From Octopus vulgaris (taxonomy: Eukaryota): a stretch of 64,000 nt of DNA. A program made the position numbers and the translations under genes. The notes below the pieces were generated by a model, which saw only the letters and a program-made list of their open reading frames with translations, was not told where the DNA came from and did no database searches. Positions 12,329 through 25,210 of the stretch are shown here, one piece after another; position 1 is the first letter of the stretch; each line of letters opens with the position of its first letter. The DNA is taken from positions 96,162,001 to 96,226,000 of the forward strand of contig OX597824.1 of assembly GCA_951406725.2 (NCBI GenBank), in the 5' to 3' direction.

Positions 12329-13844
12329 GTAAGGAAATATATCTGATTACATTATATTTCTCTTAATAAAAAAAAAGCCAAATGGTTCCTCCATCTTCTT
12401 TGATGCCCAGACAATGCCAGTCGGATGCTGTTCCTGCTTTTATTTCCTCTCTATCACAAATGACCCCCGCAAAATCCCTACCAGTTGCTCGATTTAATTC
12501 TTTTCTTTCTTAATTGCTTTACCTGTCCTTTCTAAATTAAACCCTGTTATCCCAGGGTCATTAAGAAATCTGTTGTTCATACACGTTTCATCTTTGTTCT
12601 ATTTTTCCGTTTATGGTCGGAGGCTGTTTCCTTCATCTTATTTCTATTCGTTGTCTTTGTATAAATTTTTTTTTCGCTTATGGATTTCTTTTTCTTTTTC
12701 CTTTCCTGATAGAGGATTGATCGATCGTTTAAAAAGTATAATTCTAACTCTTTTTCAAAGTACATATGTTACCATGCATGTGTGTGTGTGCGTATGTATG
12801 TAGGGTGGATATTTGCCGTTTATTGCATTTTGTGGAATGTGCCTGTGGAGTGGCTATGTATGTATATGTGTATGTATGTGTGTGTGTGTGTGTGTGTATA
12901 ACTGTTTTATGATCGTGTGTGTGTGTGCACACACACGTCACCTTGTGTAGTTGTCACATTACTGGCGATAGATTTAAGCTATGAAGAAACTAACTGTAGA
13001 TGAAATCCATTTCGTATAATTCCGTTAAATCGGATCTAATCCAGCTAATACAATCTTCATGGAAGTGAAAAAAAATTCTTTTAACTAAAATCCAATTATA
13101 GATTCAATTCTAAAAGTTTAAGATGCTTAATTAAACTTCTAAAGGAGAACTTTATTTCGTCTGTGACTGTAATTGCGGTGGAATTTCGGAATGAACACCC
13201 ACCCCCCCGTTACTTTTTTCCTCACGAAAATTCCTGTGGCTTCCTATATGTGATACATCGGGGATGCTGTTCTCAAACTTTGTGCTTCGAGGTACGCAGC
13301 CGGCCGTGACTTTTATTATTAACGTTTGACTTTTACTTGTTTCATGTAGAAGCACCGCCTTGAACGAATTAGTCAAACGAATTAAAATTAAAAATTTTTT
13401 ATTTTTTTATTTTTTTACATATTCGTAATCTCCGACATCTAAATCGTAGGAATTCCGAAAATCCTTTTTTTCTTTAAATGCATTTTTCCAGGAGACCTGC
13501 CGAAGGTGCCACGCACTGGGACCGAAGCCTGGAATCGTGGTTGGAGAACAAAACTTAGTCACATCTGCGCTTTTCTCTCGCTCTCTCTCTCTCTTTTTTT
13601 AAAATCTTTTCTAAATTATGTTTTAAACAGTTGAAACGACTAATGACTAGTGAAAAGGGAATTGGCACTTTTCATTTTCTGCAGACTGTCTACGGTTCCT
13701 CTTTGAGTTCTGGTTAGATCCCCTTCACTTACTTTAATGTGTCTGACCTTTTCATTTAGGACTATAAAATTTGATTTGAATACGGTATACAAGGAGCCGA
13801 TAGTTGAGGCTACAAGTTTTACACTTGTCATCGGTGAAGTAGCC

Positions 13845-14149
13845 CAGGAGTTAACCTTATTTTGCTTGTGGACCCCTTGAGAGTTATCTTACAGTCTATG
13901 GACCCCTTGAGAGCTATCTTACCATCTGTGGATCCCGTATATGCACATGTAATTTTTTGAAATTAAATATTTATTTGTAAGTTAGTAAAAACTAACAATG
14001 AAACAAATTTCGTTATATTCATATCATAAATTTCAATAAACGCAGGTTTCTCTCCTAGTAAACAAAATTTATACATTGGACCCACAAATTACAATTTTTC
14101 ACTCGTGGACCTCCTTAAAGCTTCTGTGGACCCTGGTTGGGAATCCCTG
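13845..14149. mobile_element. hAT-like MITE
   Basis: CAGG...CCCTG ends, repeated subterminal GTGGACCC motifs, degenerate 8-bp TSD AAGTAGCC / ATGTAGCT. Confidence 0.6.
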
Positions 14150-15054
14150 ATGTAGCTAAACCTGTTGGTATAGAGCTCAACAGGTAGGTCCCTCGGTAAT
14201 GCAACGTTGATAATCGTCTCAATCTTTCAGTAGCTTCATAACGAGTAACAACATGCTGGTCTCATATCTAACTTGGCTTCAAACGCAATTAAGCTAAAAC
14301 AAGCTTTCCATTTTTAATAATGCATTTAATGATTACCAGGAATCAATATCTATAATGACCTTTTTGTTGTTGATGGTTTCTCTTCTAATCAATCAAAATC
14401 TCTCGTAACACGAGTCATTATCCCAAGACAATAGAGAACATGCACACACAAAAAGGACTTTTGCAAACATGTTTCCTCCTGAGTAGAAGATAGATCCGAG
14501 GACGCTGTTGCTTGTAGAGAAGAAAAAGATTTGCATGTCATCTACAATTAATATAATGGGAGATGAACCCTTGCAGTCTGACCTCCACGATCAGTGCTTT
14601 TCATTTGTCATCCATTGATGAAGGGTCAAATCTTAATATATTCCATCACATCCCCGGGGATGTCCTCAGCTCCGAAGAATGGTGCATATCTAAAATAATT
14701 TTAGGCACCAAGCATTGCAAAGTCAGTAACGGTAGATTACTTAAGACACGCAGAAGTCAACAGTGTAATAAAATATACACTGCTAGAGCTTGGAATTCCC
14801 ACCACTTTGGGATCTTTGAGTTTTGATGGCAGTGACACGCTCAGACGAAAGGGAATGATATTCCATAGAAACAAGGAACGTATCCATTTTGGGACTCGAC
14901 TGTCGAGGACACAATTGCTTGATTTTTACATAGTTTAATGTAATGTACACCCAGCTTCTGTGTTTTTTGTATGCAAAGAAAATGAAATGTGAACAATATT
15001 GTAATTTATGTGGATATTCTATTTCAACTGCTTGTGGAACCTCCACTACCAAGT

Positions 15055-15440
15055 TCAGGGCCCCGACGGAATAACCCTCTTCCCATATGAGGTTGGCAGT
15101 TCCTTAATTTGGGACGCGACCTGCTGTGACACATTTTCCCCGTACCAACCTTGCTGCATCGGCCGCAAACCCAGATATCGCTGCCAGTAGCTAAGAGAAA
15201 TATAGAACAAAATACAAGAGCTTGACCGGCCACTGTCAATTTGTGCCACAAGAGCTTGACCTTCCACTGTCAATTTGTGCCAGTTGCCGTCAAGACTTTG
15301 GGTGTCCTATACTACTGGTTTCTTCCCCAAAATTCAGATAACTGATGCCCGTCTGAGAAATGAATCCTGCAAGGTGGAGCGGCTGCTGCAACGAATGGTG
15401 CTGGCCATTCTCCACGGCAATGCCATTCGTTTTGGGGTGT
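15055..15440 (+). mobile_element. CRE-like non-LTR retrotransposon remnant (restriction-like endonuclease domain)
   Basis: [28 protein letters not shown] and LLQRMVLAILHGNAI resemble the RPDGxTLxPW...LxWDxTCxDT and FQRxSxAIQRGNA motifs. Frameshifted, with an internal tandem duplication of about 34 bp at 15214-15281. Confidence 0.75.
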
Positions 15441-15780
15441 ACAACCTGTTACTTCTCCACCCCCTCTTTTGCTGCTCCCCCCCATTTTTTCCCTCTTTTT
15501 CTCTGTTTCCTTGGTAGGGTAGTTATGGGTATTTTTTCTCTATAATTTGATATTCTATACTTTAATGTTTTTTTTCTTTTTCCTTTTTGTAAAAATGTTA
15601 CTAAAACATCAAATAGTGAAATTTCAGAATTTAGTCTTAAGTTGTTGTAGGTATTGGCCAAGTCTTGTGAGGTTGTATGTCTGTTTCACTGAATTTAATG
15701 GGAATTTGGCAAGCTTGATTTTTTGCTACAGCCCAAGTATAACTGATAATTATATTTAATAATCATTATTTGTAGAAATT

Positions 15781-15985
15781 AAGGTGGCGAGCTGCCAGAA
15801 TCATTAGCCTGCCAGGCAAAAATGCCAAATAGCTTTTCATCCGTCTTTTCATTCTGAGTTCAAATTCCACTGAGACTGACCTTACTTTTCATCCTTTTAG
15901 GGTCGATAAATACCAGTTGAGCACTGAGGTTGATCGACCTCTTCCCCTAAATTTCAGTCCTTGGGTCTATACTAGAAAGGAGTAT
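15781..15985 (+). mobile_element. tRNA-derived SINE family B (Meta-domain-like)
   Basis: AAGGYGGCGAGCTGGCAGAA head, GAGTTCAAATT B-box, TTTCATCCTTTYGGGGTCGATAAA..TACCAGTT central domain. Other copies at about 27105, 29748, 33515(-), 36520, 37231, 38080, 38315, 43790, 49935(-), 56710(-), 56932(-) and 60035(-). Confidence 0.8.
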
Positions 15986-17388
15986 TTGTACAAATTGATT
16001 TTGGCAAACAAATCAACCCTACTCCCTGCACTTATTTCCCAAGTCTGGTATTTATTCTATCAGTCTCTTTGTTCAAACCGCTAAGTTATGGGAATGTAAA
16101 CAAATGCCAGTTGTCAAACAGTGAAAAAGAAAGTGCGTGTGTGTGTTTGATGGACTTTCACACAGTTTCGGTCTTCCAAATTCACTCACAAAGAATTAGT
16201 TGGCCTAGGGCTATAGTAGAAGACAATTGTCCAAAGTGTTGTGCATTGGTACTGAACCCAAAAAGCCCTGTGATTGTAAAGCAAGTTCCCTAACCACACG
16301 GCTGTCTCTATACAAACAAGACAAAAAAAGAAACTTTTCTTTTTTTGTATTTCTTTATGTCCATTGAGAAACACAGTACTAAAATATCCAATTTGTCTTA
16401 CCCCCTTATCGTTAAAGATTCATTCCTCTATCTAAAAACAAGGCCATTAGCATCACAAAATGACAATTAGAAAGATCCAGTCTGTTTGTAATTACACTTC
16501 TTTCATTTATATCATCCGTGTTACTTAGACTGGCTGAATCTAACAGGTTGTAATGATTAGGTTTGCGTAATTATAACAGAGGGCAGCTGTCAACGGTATA
16601 GGCTGACACTAAACTAAGCTGACATTTCTCAGAAAATGACACCGCTCTGCAGTGCCTACTTGTTTAGATAATATAGTGATGTGAATAGTAAACTAATGTA
16701 TGTATTTTTTTCTTTTTCCCCTTACAGATTAGCTATTTACATATTAGGACAAGAGGGATCCATTTTAATTGTTCAGAACAAAATAAAAATGCAGTTTTGG
16801 AACATATACATACGTGTTAGTGTATGTAGGGACAATATATGGCACCTGATACTACCGAGGAAATTTGATGACCTTCAACGGTTTCAATTTGATAAGTCTC
16901 TCCATTCTTCTGCAACTTTCACGAGATGTATCATGCTAAACGGCTAACAGGCCTGATGAAAACTGGATGTGACTTGTGCAGAACAGTTAACGATTTTCAA
17001 ATCAGACTCGTTATGCTGAGGGAAGTTTCATTTTCATTTTGAACATCGCTTCATAAATCAAATTAGTTTGGATTAAGGATTTTCTGCCTTGTCCCCAAAT
17101 CCTGCTTATAGGAAAAGCAATGGGGGTGGGGGCTGTCAATAGGTCAAATCAGTTGACTATGTCAAGGTTTCTTCATTTCCAGTGAGTTAATAAGCTTTGT
17201 TCTTTTATTTTGTTGTTATTGTATTATAGTTGCAGGTCAGCTCTTATCAGACAGTCATATAGTGCACAGGTAGTTGGTTGAATGACTGGGCCTGACTCAC
17301 AGCTCTATTTTTCCATTTACTCTTTGTTTCCACCTGTGAAGCATTGTACGTTCTGATAAATGAATGCACACACACACACACTCGCTCT

Positions 17389-17429
<41 letters not shown>

Positions 17430-17464
17430 CGTATATGCATTGATAGATATATATATGAAAGAGA

Positions 17465-17890
17465 TCATTGTTTAACGTCAGCTTTCCATGCTAGCATTTG
17501 TTGGACAATTTGAGGACTGGTGGCACGTAAAAAGCACCATTCTAGCGTGATTGTTACCACCGTTGCCTTACTGGCACTTGTGCTGGTAGCACGTGAAAAA
17601 ACATTCAAGCGAGGTTGTTGCCAGTGCCGCTGGACTGGCTCCTGTGCAAGTGGCACATAAAAAACACCATTTGAGCGTGACCGTTGCCAGTACTGCCTGA
17701 CTAGCCCTCGTGCCGGTGGCACATAAAAGCACCCACTACACTCTTGGAGTGGTTGGCATTAGGAAGAGCATCCAGCTGTAGAAACTCTGCCAGATTAGAT
17801 TGGAGCCTGGTGCAGCCATCTGGTTCGCCAGTCGTCAGTCAAATCATCCAACCTATGCTAGCATGCAAAGCAGACGTTAAACGATAATGA
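17465..17890 (+). mobile_element. Family C retroposon with internal subrepeats and an inverted 3'-end fragment at its 5' side
   Basis: Repeated GTGGCACRTAAAAAGCACC units, family C 3' end and (GAT)n tail, embedded in (TA)n. Confidence 0.7.
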
Positions 17891-18016
17891 TATATATATA
17901 TATATATATATATTTAATATTAATCTTAGGGAAGTTATTTTTGAGTCCACAGGGGATAGAAGTTCAATTTAGTGGTACTAAAATGAATTACTCACTGTCT
18001 TATACACATATAAATT

Positions 18017-18451
18017 GATAGGTTTAAGAGACAGAATCACCCTCAAGCAACTCAATCGTTATTGAACGACATTATCCACAATAGGTACAAATAGCACTAA
18101 ATATTAAAATTATCAGAATTAACACCTACAATTCTTATTCTAAATCATGTACTTTACATTATATATACTACGCACGTTTCATGACAACATATTCCTCGAT
18201 ATTGCCCTAAATAGAGGTCTTGAAATACAATACAATATTAAAATAATATGGTATTTCAAGACCTCTATTTCAGCATTATCAAGGAATATGTTGTCATGAA
18301 ACGTGCGTAGTATATATAATGTAAAGTACATGATTTAGAATAAGAATTGTAGGTGTTAATTTTGATAATTTTAATATTTAGTCCTATTTGTACCTATCGT
18401 GTATAATGACGATTGAGTTGCTTGAGGGTGATTCTGTCTCTTAAACCTATC
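18017..18451. mobile_element. Long foldback element (arms about 200 bp) beside (TA)n
   Basis: GATAGGTTTAAGAGACAGAATCACCCTCAAGC... versus ...GCTTGAGGGTGATTCTGTCTCTTAAACCTATC, short central spacer. Contains GAAACGTGCGTA and its complement. Confidence 0.85.
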
Positions 18452-18463
18452 TATCTATCTTTA

Positions 18464-18504
<41 letters not shown>

Positions 18505-18658
18505 ACAGCTAATTAAACACACAGGCAGCCTGTAACTTGTTTGATAAGTGCCAATGCATGATGACACTTATCAAACTTGTTACAGGCTGAAGGTCTGTGT
18601 GTTTATATAGATGTTGATAAATAAATATCTATCTATCTCTCTCATTCTCTCCATATAC

Positions 18659-18690
<32 letters not shown>

Positions 18691-19734
18691 TACTACTACG
18701 GTTAACTTGCACTGTGACCTTCTGTTTCTCAGCTGTTGGAGATTACAAATGATTTTCACTCATTCAGTGTTGCTCCTCCCCCTCAGCAGTATCATGAAGC
18801 AACGATACTGCCAGGGGAAATTCCCTCTGTCGGGTCTTTTTTTAGATCAGTCCCCCTCTCTCCCCTCTGCATTCTTCTCATTCATCAACTTTTTGTAGTA
18901 ACATTTCCAAGCTTCTTTGTTCTTGGGTCTGAGATCTCAAGTTTGCTTCTGTTGTTCTCTATACGCTTTGCAAAGTGCATTAATGGATCTGAACTACAGC
19001 GGAAGGCTGCTTAAGGTGCTGCACAATAAGACTGAACCCAGGATTATATGACTGTGAAGCAAACTTCTTAACCAAATGGCTAAGTTGATTGAATGATTTC
19101 TTTAATCAGTTACTTCAGTACCGTAGATATTATACATCTGCTTTACTAGAGCAGACCTAATCTGGTTGATCAGGAAAGACCTGGGGCTAAATTGCAACTA
19201 ACAATCTAGTATAGAGCTATACATACTTTATTCAAGGAGCATCCAACCTCTCCTATTACATTGATTGTGCTATAATATAAATACTAAATTATCTGAAGTC
19301 ATTTGTATGCCTGCTTCGTTGAAATTTGATGGAAAATAGGTGGACCAATCCTTTATAAAATTCCCATGTTTAAAGAACTGACTTACACTTAATTATGTAG
19401 TAGTAGTAGTAGTAGTAGTATAAAAGCTTAATTTACTTCATATGACAATTTCCTATTAAAAAATCTAGTCCTAGTTTTAACTTGAAGTTTGAAGTAATTT
19501 TTCTGTTGAAGAAAATAAGATATTTTAAAACTTTTAGATGTGTTGTATGGCAATAAACATGCAGGACTTGAGTGAAGGACATTATTTAGGAAATATGTTC
19601 AACTGTCTAAATAAAAGGTTGTATTATGTCACTTATTTATATCGAAAGTATACAGTATTCATATATTTACATAGTTATTGTTGAGACCTGTTGAGGCAAG
19701 TGAAATCGAAATCAAAATCAAATTTGACAACTGG

Positions 19735-20255
19735 CATCCGTGCTAGACGGGTGCAAAGGGCACCATACGAGGGTGATTAACAGAGCAGCTAGTTGGCTTC
19801 CGTGCCAGTGGCACATAAAAGGGTGCCATTCAAGTGTGATCATTATCAGTGTCACCTTACTGGCACTTGTGTCTGTGCTAGTAGAGTACCAAGAGCACCA
19901 GCCAAGCGTGATCATTGCCAGAGCAGCCAACTGGCTCCGTGCCGGTAGCACGTAAAAGGGCACCATTCGAGCGTGATCGTTACCAACATCGCCTCACTGA
20001 CACCTGTGCCGGTGGCATGTGTAAAAGGATTCAAGCGTGGCAGTTGCCAGTACCGCCTGACTGGTCCCTGTGCCGGTGGCATGTGAAAAGCACCCACTAC
20101 ACTCTCGGAGTGGTTGGTGTTAGGAAGGGCTTCCAGCTGTAGAAACTCTGCCAGATCAAGATTGGAGCCTGGTGCAGCCATCTGGTTTGCCAGCCCTCAG
20201 CCAAAATCGTCCAACCCATGCCAGCATGGAAAGCGGACATTAAACGATGATAATG
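19735..20255 (+). mobile_element. Family C retroposon with an extended subrepeat array
   Basis: Several units of about 60 bp containing GTGCCRGTRGCACRTAAAAG, followed by the family C 3' end and (GAT)n. Confidence 0.7.
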
Positions 20256-20540
20256 ATTGTCATTAACAAACAACACACTGCTTATTCTATGATACTTGTC
20301 TTTGTTCTGTTCCTGTTTCATATCTGTGAGCACCACACCCATGTATACATATAAGTGGAGGCATGACTATGTGGTTGAAAAGCTTATATCTCAAACCATG
20401 TGGTCTCAGTACTCCTACTTCATGGCACACGGGGCAAGTGAATTTGGTAGATGGAAACTGAAAAAAGCCTGTCGTGTGTGCACGTGGGTACCCTTGTTGT
20501 TTTGATGTGGTTGTAAACAGCCAAGCTGTCATACAAGCTC

Positions 20541-20930
20541 TACTCTTTTACTTGTTTCAGTCATTTGATTGCGGCCATGCTGGAGCACCGCCTTTAGTCG
20601 AGCAAATCGACCCCGGGACTTATTCTTTGTAAGCCCAGTACTTATTCTATTGGTCTCTTTTGCCGAACCGCTAAGTGACGGGGACGAAATACACCAGCAT
20701 CGGTTGTCAAGCAATGCTAGAGGGACACACACAAACATATACACACACATACTTATATATATATATATATATATATGACGGGCTTTCTGTCTACCAAATC
20801 CACTCACAAGGCATTGGTCGGCCTGAGGCTATAGCAGAAGACACTTGCCCAAGGGGCCATGCAGTGGGACTGAACCCGGGACCATGTGGTTGGTAAGTAA
20901 GCTACTTACCACACAGCCACTCTTGCGCCT
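20541..20930 (-). mobile_element. Full-length CORE-type SINE family A
   Basis: Minus strand AGGCGCAAGAGTGGCTGTGTGG (A box)...GGTTCAGTCCC (B box)...CCTTGGGCAAGT core, internal (CA)/(TA) tract, (AAAAGAGT)n tail. Reminiscent of octopus OR/OK SINEs. Confidence 0.9.
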
Positions 20931-20969
20931 ATATATCTGTATATCATCATCATCATCATATTCATTTAA

Positions 20970-21176
20970 CCCTTTAGCATTCAGATTACTCTATCAAATG
21001 TAAAACCTGTTTAATCACATTGTTTTAAATTAATTGTACAGCATCTTGTAACTCTGGGATATTGATGATGTCCCTGTTTATTTTTAGAATGACTTTGTAG
21101 GGTAAGTGGGAGAGGTCAGAGCTACCTGGTTTGAGCATATAACAGGAAGACAATTTTGGCCTTGAACACAAAAGGG
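20970..21176. mobile_element. piggyBac-like MITE family 2
   Basis: TTAA-CCCTTT...AAAGGG-TTAA. Related copies at about 25776, 31535, 35179-35363, 44770-44943, 61920 and 63496. Confidence 0.75.
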
Positions 21177-21300
21177 TTAATGTCTGTTTTCTGTGGCTGG
21201 CATGGATTAGACAGAAACTAGCAAAGCAGAGGACTGCTCCGAGTTTTATTGTCGGCTTTGGCATAGGAGAGAGAGATAGAAAAAAAGTGGTGTGTGTGTA

Positions 21301-21510
21301 TATTCTTTTACTTGTTTCAGTCATTTGACTGTGGCCATGCTGGAGCACCGCCTTTAGTCGAGCAATTCGACCCCAGGACTTATTCTTTGTAAGCCTAGTA
21401 CTTATTCTATTGGTCTATTTTGCCGAACCGCTAAGTTACGGGGATGTAAACACACCAGCATCGGTTGTCAAGCGATGTTGGGGGGGACAAACACAGACAC
21501 ACAAACATAT

Positions 21511-21563
<53 letters not shown>

Positions 21564-21722
21564 TACGATGGGCTTCTTTCAGTTTCCGTCTACCAAATCC
21601 ACTCAGAAGGCTTTGGTCGGCCCGAGGCTATAGAAGAAGACACTTGCCCAAGGTACCATGCAGTGGGACTGAACCCAGAACCATGTGGTTGGTAAGCAAG
21701 CTACTTACCACACAGCCACTCC
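21301..21722 (-). mobile_element. CORE-type SINE family A
   Basis: Near-identical to 20541-20930. Confidence 0.9.
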
Positions 21723-21861
21723 TATCTCATTGTACCCTTTACTGACATTTACTAACGAGTGGATTCTTTGACACATTTATGTCCTCTTATGTCAACATTA
21801 TTAGCATTCACATAAACGAAGCATATTTATGCCTCCTAATATTCCCATGTGCACATCTGTG

Positions 21862-21900
<39 letters not shown>

Positions 21901-23310
21901 TTAGAAAATATTGAGTTGCCTGAATAGCAGTGACATAACAAATAAGCCGACAATGAAGTTGCTGTTTGTCAAGCTAAATATATAACAGCTGCTTGTTGTA
22001 AAAGCCCAACACATCAATATCTCAGAGAAATCTTAGATGAGGTTTCTGCAACGTACTTATTACTTTTGATAAAGCCAGTAAATCTGTGCATGAAGCTTCG
22101 AAGCTTGTGTATGAGTTGAGAAAGACATTCTTTTCTGGAATAATTTCTAGAACAATAACATTCAAGGAATCCTATTAAAGATAGCAGGATATGATTTGAA
22201 AGAAACTTGTTTGTTATTTTTAGCAAATTATGTAGACTGTATTGAGGCTTTTTTTGTTGTTGTCAATAATAGGAAGCTTTTTCTATTTATAAATGTTACA
22301 TGTATATTAAAGTATATAATAGGTCAGAGACGAACAAAACCTTTAGCAATTACCTGGGCACTAAGTTTTGAATGATAGACTGGTTGACTGATCACCCAGT
22401 CTATCATTGGTTAAGTTTATAGCTAAGGATCAAGGATATGAAATATGAGAATGGACCACTTGTAGAAAAGAGGCCCAGAGTCAAGAGCTGATAAATGGAG
22501 CGAATTAATGTTAGGCCCAGAAGTGAAACAGGAAGATTAAGAAACTCACTTTGCAACCATGGGGTTTTGGGTTCAGTTGCATTGTGCTGGGGTTGGTTTG
22601 TGTGACTAAATTAGTCATGGGCAGCGTTTTATCAGAAGTGGTTCCCATGAACTATTTCTCATCACCAGGTGCACTGCATTACTAAGAAAAAATTCAGGAA
22701 ATTCTTTTTGTTTAGGTTTGTCATTTAGAAAGTTTCCTGTGCTGCAGGTTGTCCATGACTATTAAACTTGTTGAGGCAGAGCCCCAGCATGGCCACAGTT
22801 AAATGACTGAAATGAGTAACAGATAAAAGATATATAATTATGACTATGCTTGATAATTAAAAACTCTGGCTGTATTGGTGCTTTAATTATTGTCAGGTCA
22901 TTAATTTTCTAGCATAATGCAAATGATTTGTATCTAGTGAAACTTTTATGTATCATCATCATCATCATCACCATGTGTGGCCACAGTCAAATGAGTAAAA
23001 TAAGTAAAAGAAAAAAAATATTTGATGATGAAGATGATGATGATATTCAAAATTGTTTTCATTTGCCTCCCTGTTTTAGTATCTGCCACACGTATCACTA
23101 CTTTCTGACATCTGATGGCTGAGCATTCTGTAGTTTGGACGATAACTCATTCTATTGTTCACTGATATGATTCCTCATGTCTGCTGTGCATAAAGTGAGA
23201 CTGAGAGAGATTTTTGAGGAGATAATTAGAGAAGTTTATCAAATAAGGTGTAATGTGTTGGCTTTGTTACTCTGGACCTTGGATTGATAATCAGCATAGC
23301 TAAATTCATG

Positions 23311-23680
23311 CTCTCTTTTACTTGTTTCAGTCATTTGACTGTGGCCATGCTGGAGCACTGCCTTTAGTCGAAGAAATTGACCCCAGGACTTATTCTTTGT
23401 AAGCCTAGTACTTATTCTATCGGTCTCTTTTGCCGAACCGCTAAGTTACAGGGACGCAAACACCAGCATCGGTTGTCAAGCGAGGGGGGGGCAAACATAT
23501 ACATACATATACATATGTGACGGGCTTCTTTCAGTTTCCGTGTACCAAATCCACTCACAAGGCTTTGGTCGGCCTGAGGCTATAGTAGAAGACACTTGCC
23601 CAAGGTGCCACGCGGTGGGACTGAACCTGGAACCATGTGGTTGGTAAGCAAGCTACTTACCACACAGCCACTCCTGCGCC
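23311..23680 (-). mobile_element. CORE-type SINE family A
   Basis: Near-identical to 20541-20930. Confidence 0.9.
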
Positions 23681-24775
23681 ATGTATTCTTTTACTGGTTT
23701 AGTTACGTGGTAAGAAGTTTGCTTTCCAACCGCATGGTTTCAGGTTCTGTTCCACTACATGGCATCTTGGAGCAAGTGTCTTCTATTATAGCCCTGAGCC
23801 AACCAAAACCTTGTGAATAGATTTATCATCATCATCATCATCGCTTAACGTCCGTTTTCCATGCTAGCATGGGTTGGATGGTTCAACTGGGGTCTGGGAA
23901 GCCAGAAGGCTGCGCCAGGCCCAGTCTGATCTGGCAGTGTTTCTACAGCTGGATGCCCTTCCTAACGTCAACCACTCCGAGAGTGTAGTGGGTGCTTTTT
24001 ATGTGCCACTTGCACAGGTGCCAGACGAGGCTGGCAAACGGCCATGATCGGATGGTTCTTTTTACGTGCCACTTGCATGGGGGCCAGACGAGGCTGGCTG
24101 GAAACTGAAAGAAATTTGTGTGTGTCTTGTTTCAGTTATTAGACTGTGGCCATACAGGAGCACCACATTAAAGATTGTTTTAAAGCCTGGTACTTATTCT
24201 ATTGGTCTCTTTTGTTAAACTGGTAAGTTATGGGGGCCACAAGCACACCAGCACTGAATGTCAAGCAGTGGTGGTTACACACACACAGATGACAGGCCTC
24301 TTTCAGTTTTCATCTACCAAATCCACCCAAAAGACTTTGATCAGCCTGAGGCTATAGCAGAAGACACCTGTCCAAGGTGCCATGCAGTGGGACTGAACCC
24401 AGAACCATGTGGTTGGGAGGCAAGCTTCTTACCACACAGCCACTGTGTGTGTCTTACTGTCTCCTGACTCGGGCATCATGTAATAGTTGTAAACAAAAGT
24501 TACCATCATGCCAGTAATATCCAGTTCCACTCTTCCTTGAAAACATGTCTGGTCACGGAGAAATGTTCTCTTACTCGGAAAGGTAAGGGTTAGCGACAGG
24601 AAGGGCATCCTGTGAAAATCTGCCTCAACAAATTCCACCTGATCCATACAAGCAATGAAAAGTGGACATCAGAACATTGATGATGATAACTCACTTCATT
24701 GGACCCTGTAGTTATTTTATTGACCTCAGAAGGATGAAAACTGAAGTGAAGCTGGGTAGGATTTGAACTCAGATT

Positions 24776-25122
24776 GTTAGTTAGTTAGTTAGTTAATTTG
24801 GCTCAAAAGCAAATAGCAAGGCCATGTAGGGTGACATGGAGTTAAGTACAGGGTGGTGTTCATGTAAAGAGTTCAGGCCACTTGAGGTCCAGGGAGGCTT
24901 TGAACAAAGCGGTCGTCGGCATCTTCACCATCTCGTCTGGCAGCTTGTTCCACGGATCCGCAACCCGGACGGAGAAAGCTCCTCTCCTTCGATTGAGATG
25001 AAATCGTCGCAGGTAGAGCTTTTCGGAATGACCCCGCAGCCGACACTCCGGAGCAGGAGTGAAGAACAGCTCTTTCGAGAGGTTACACTTCCCGCTTATG
25101 ATGTTGTGGGCGAGAATGAGGA
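24776..25122 (-). mobile_element. CR1-clade LINE 3' fragment
   Basis: RLRGHSEKL...RRGAFSVRVADPWNKLP...LFKASLD is the CR1 ORF2 C-terminal signature; (AACT)n tail at 24776-24796. Confidence 0.9.
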
Positions 25123-25210
25123 ATTGGAAAGGAGTATAATGGAATATCCACAGTGTTTTACCTACCACACCACTGACGTGCCACTAATTAAAAAAATTTT
25201 TTTTTTGTTT

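Noticed and set aside
22371-22408. 13-bp stem hairpin (similar short hairpin at 40701-40736)
   Set aside because: Too short for a pre-miRNA and no other support; bacterial-type terminators are irrelevant here.
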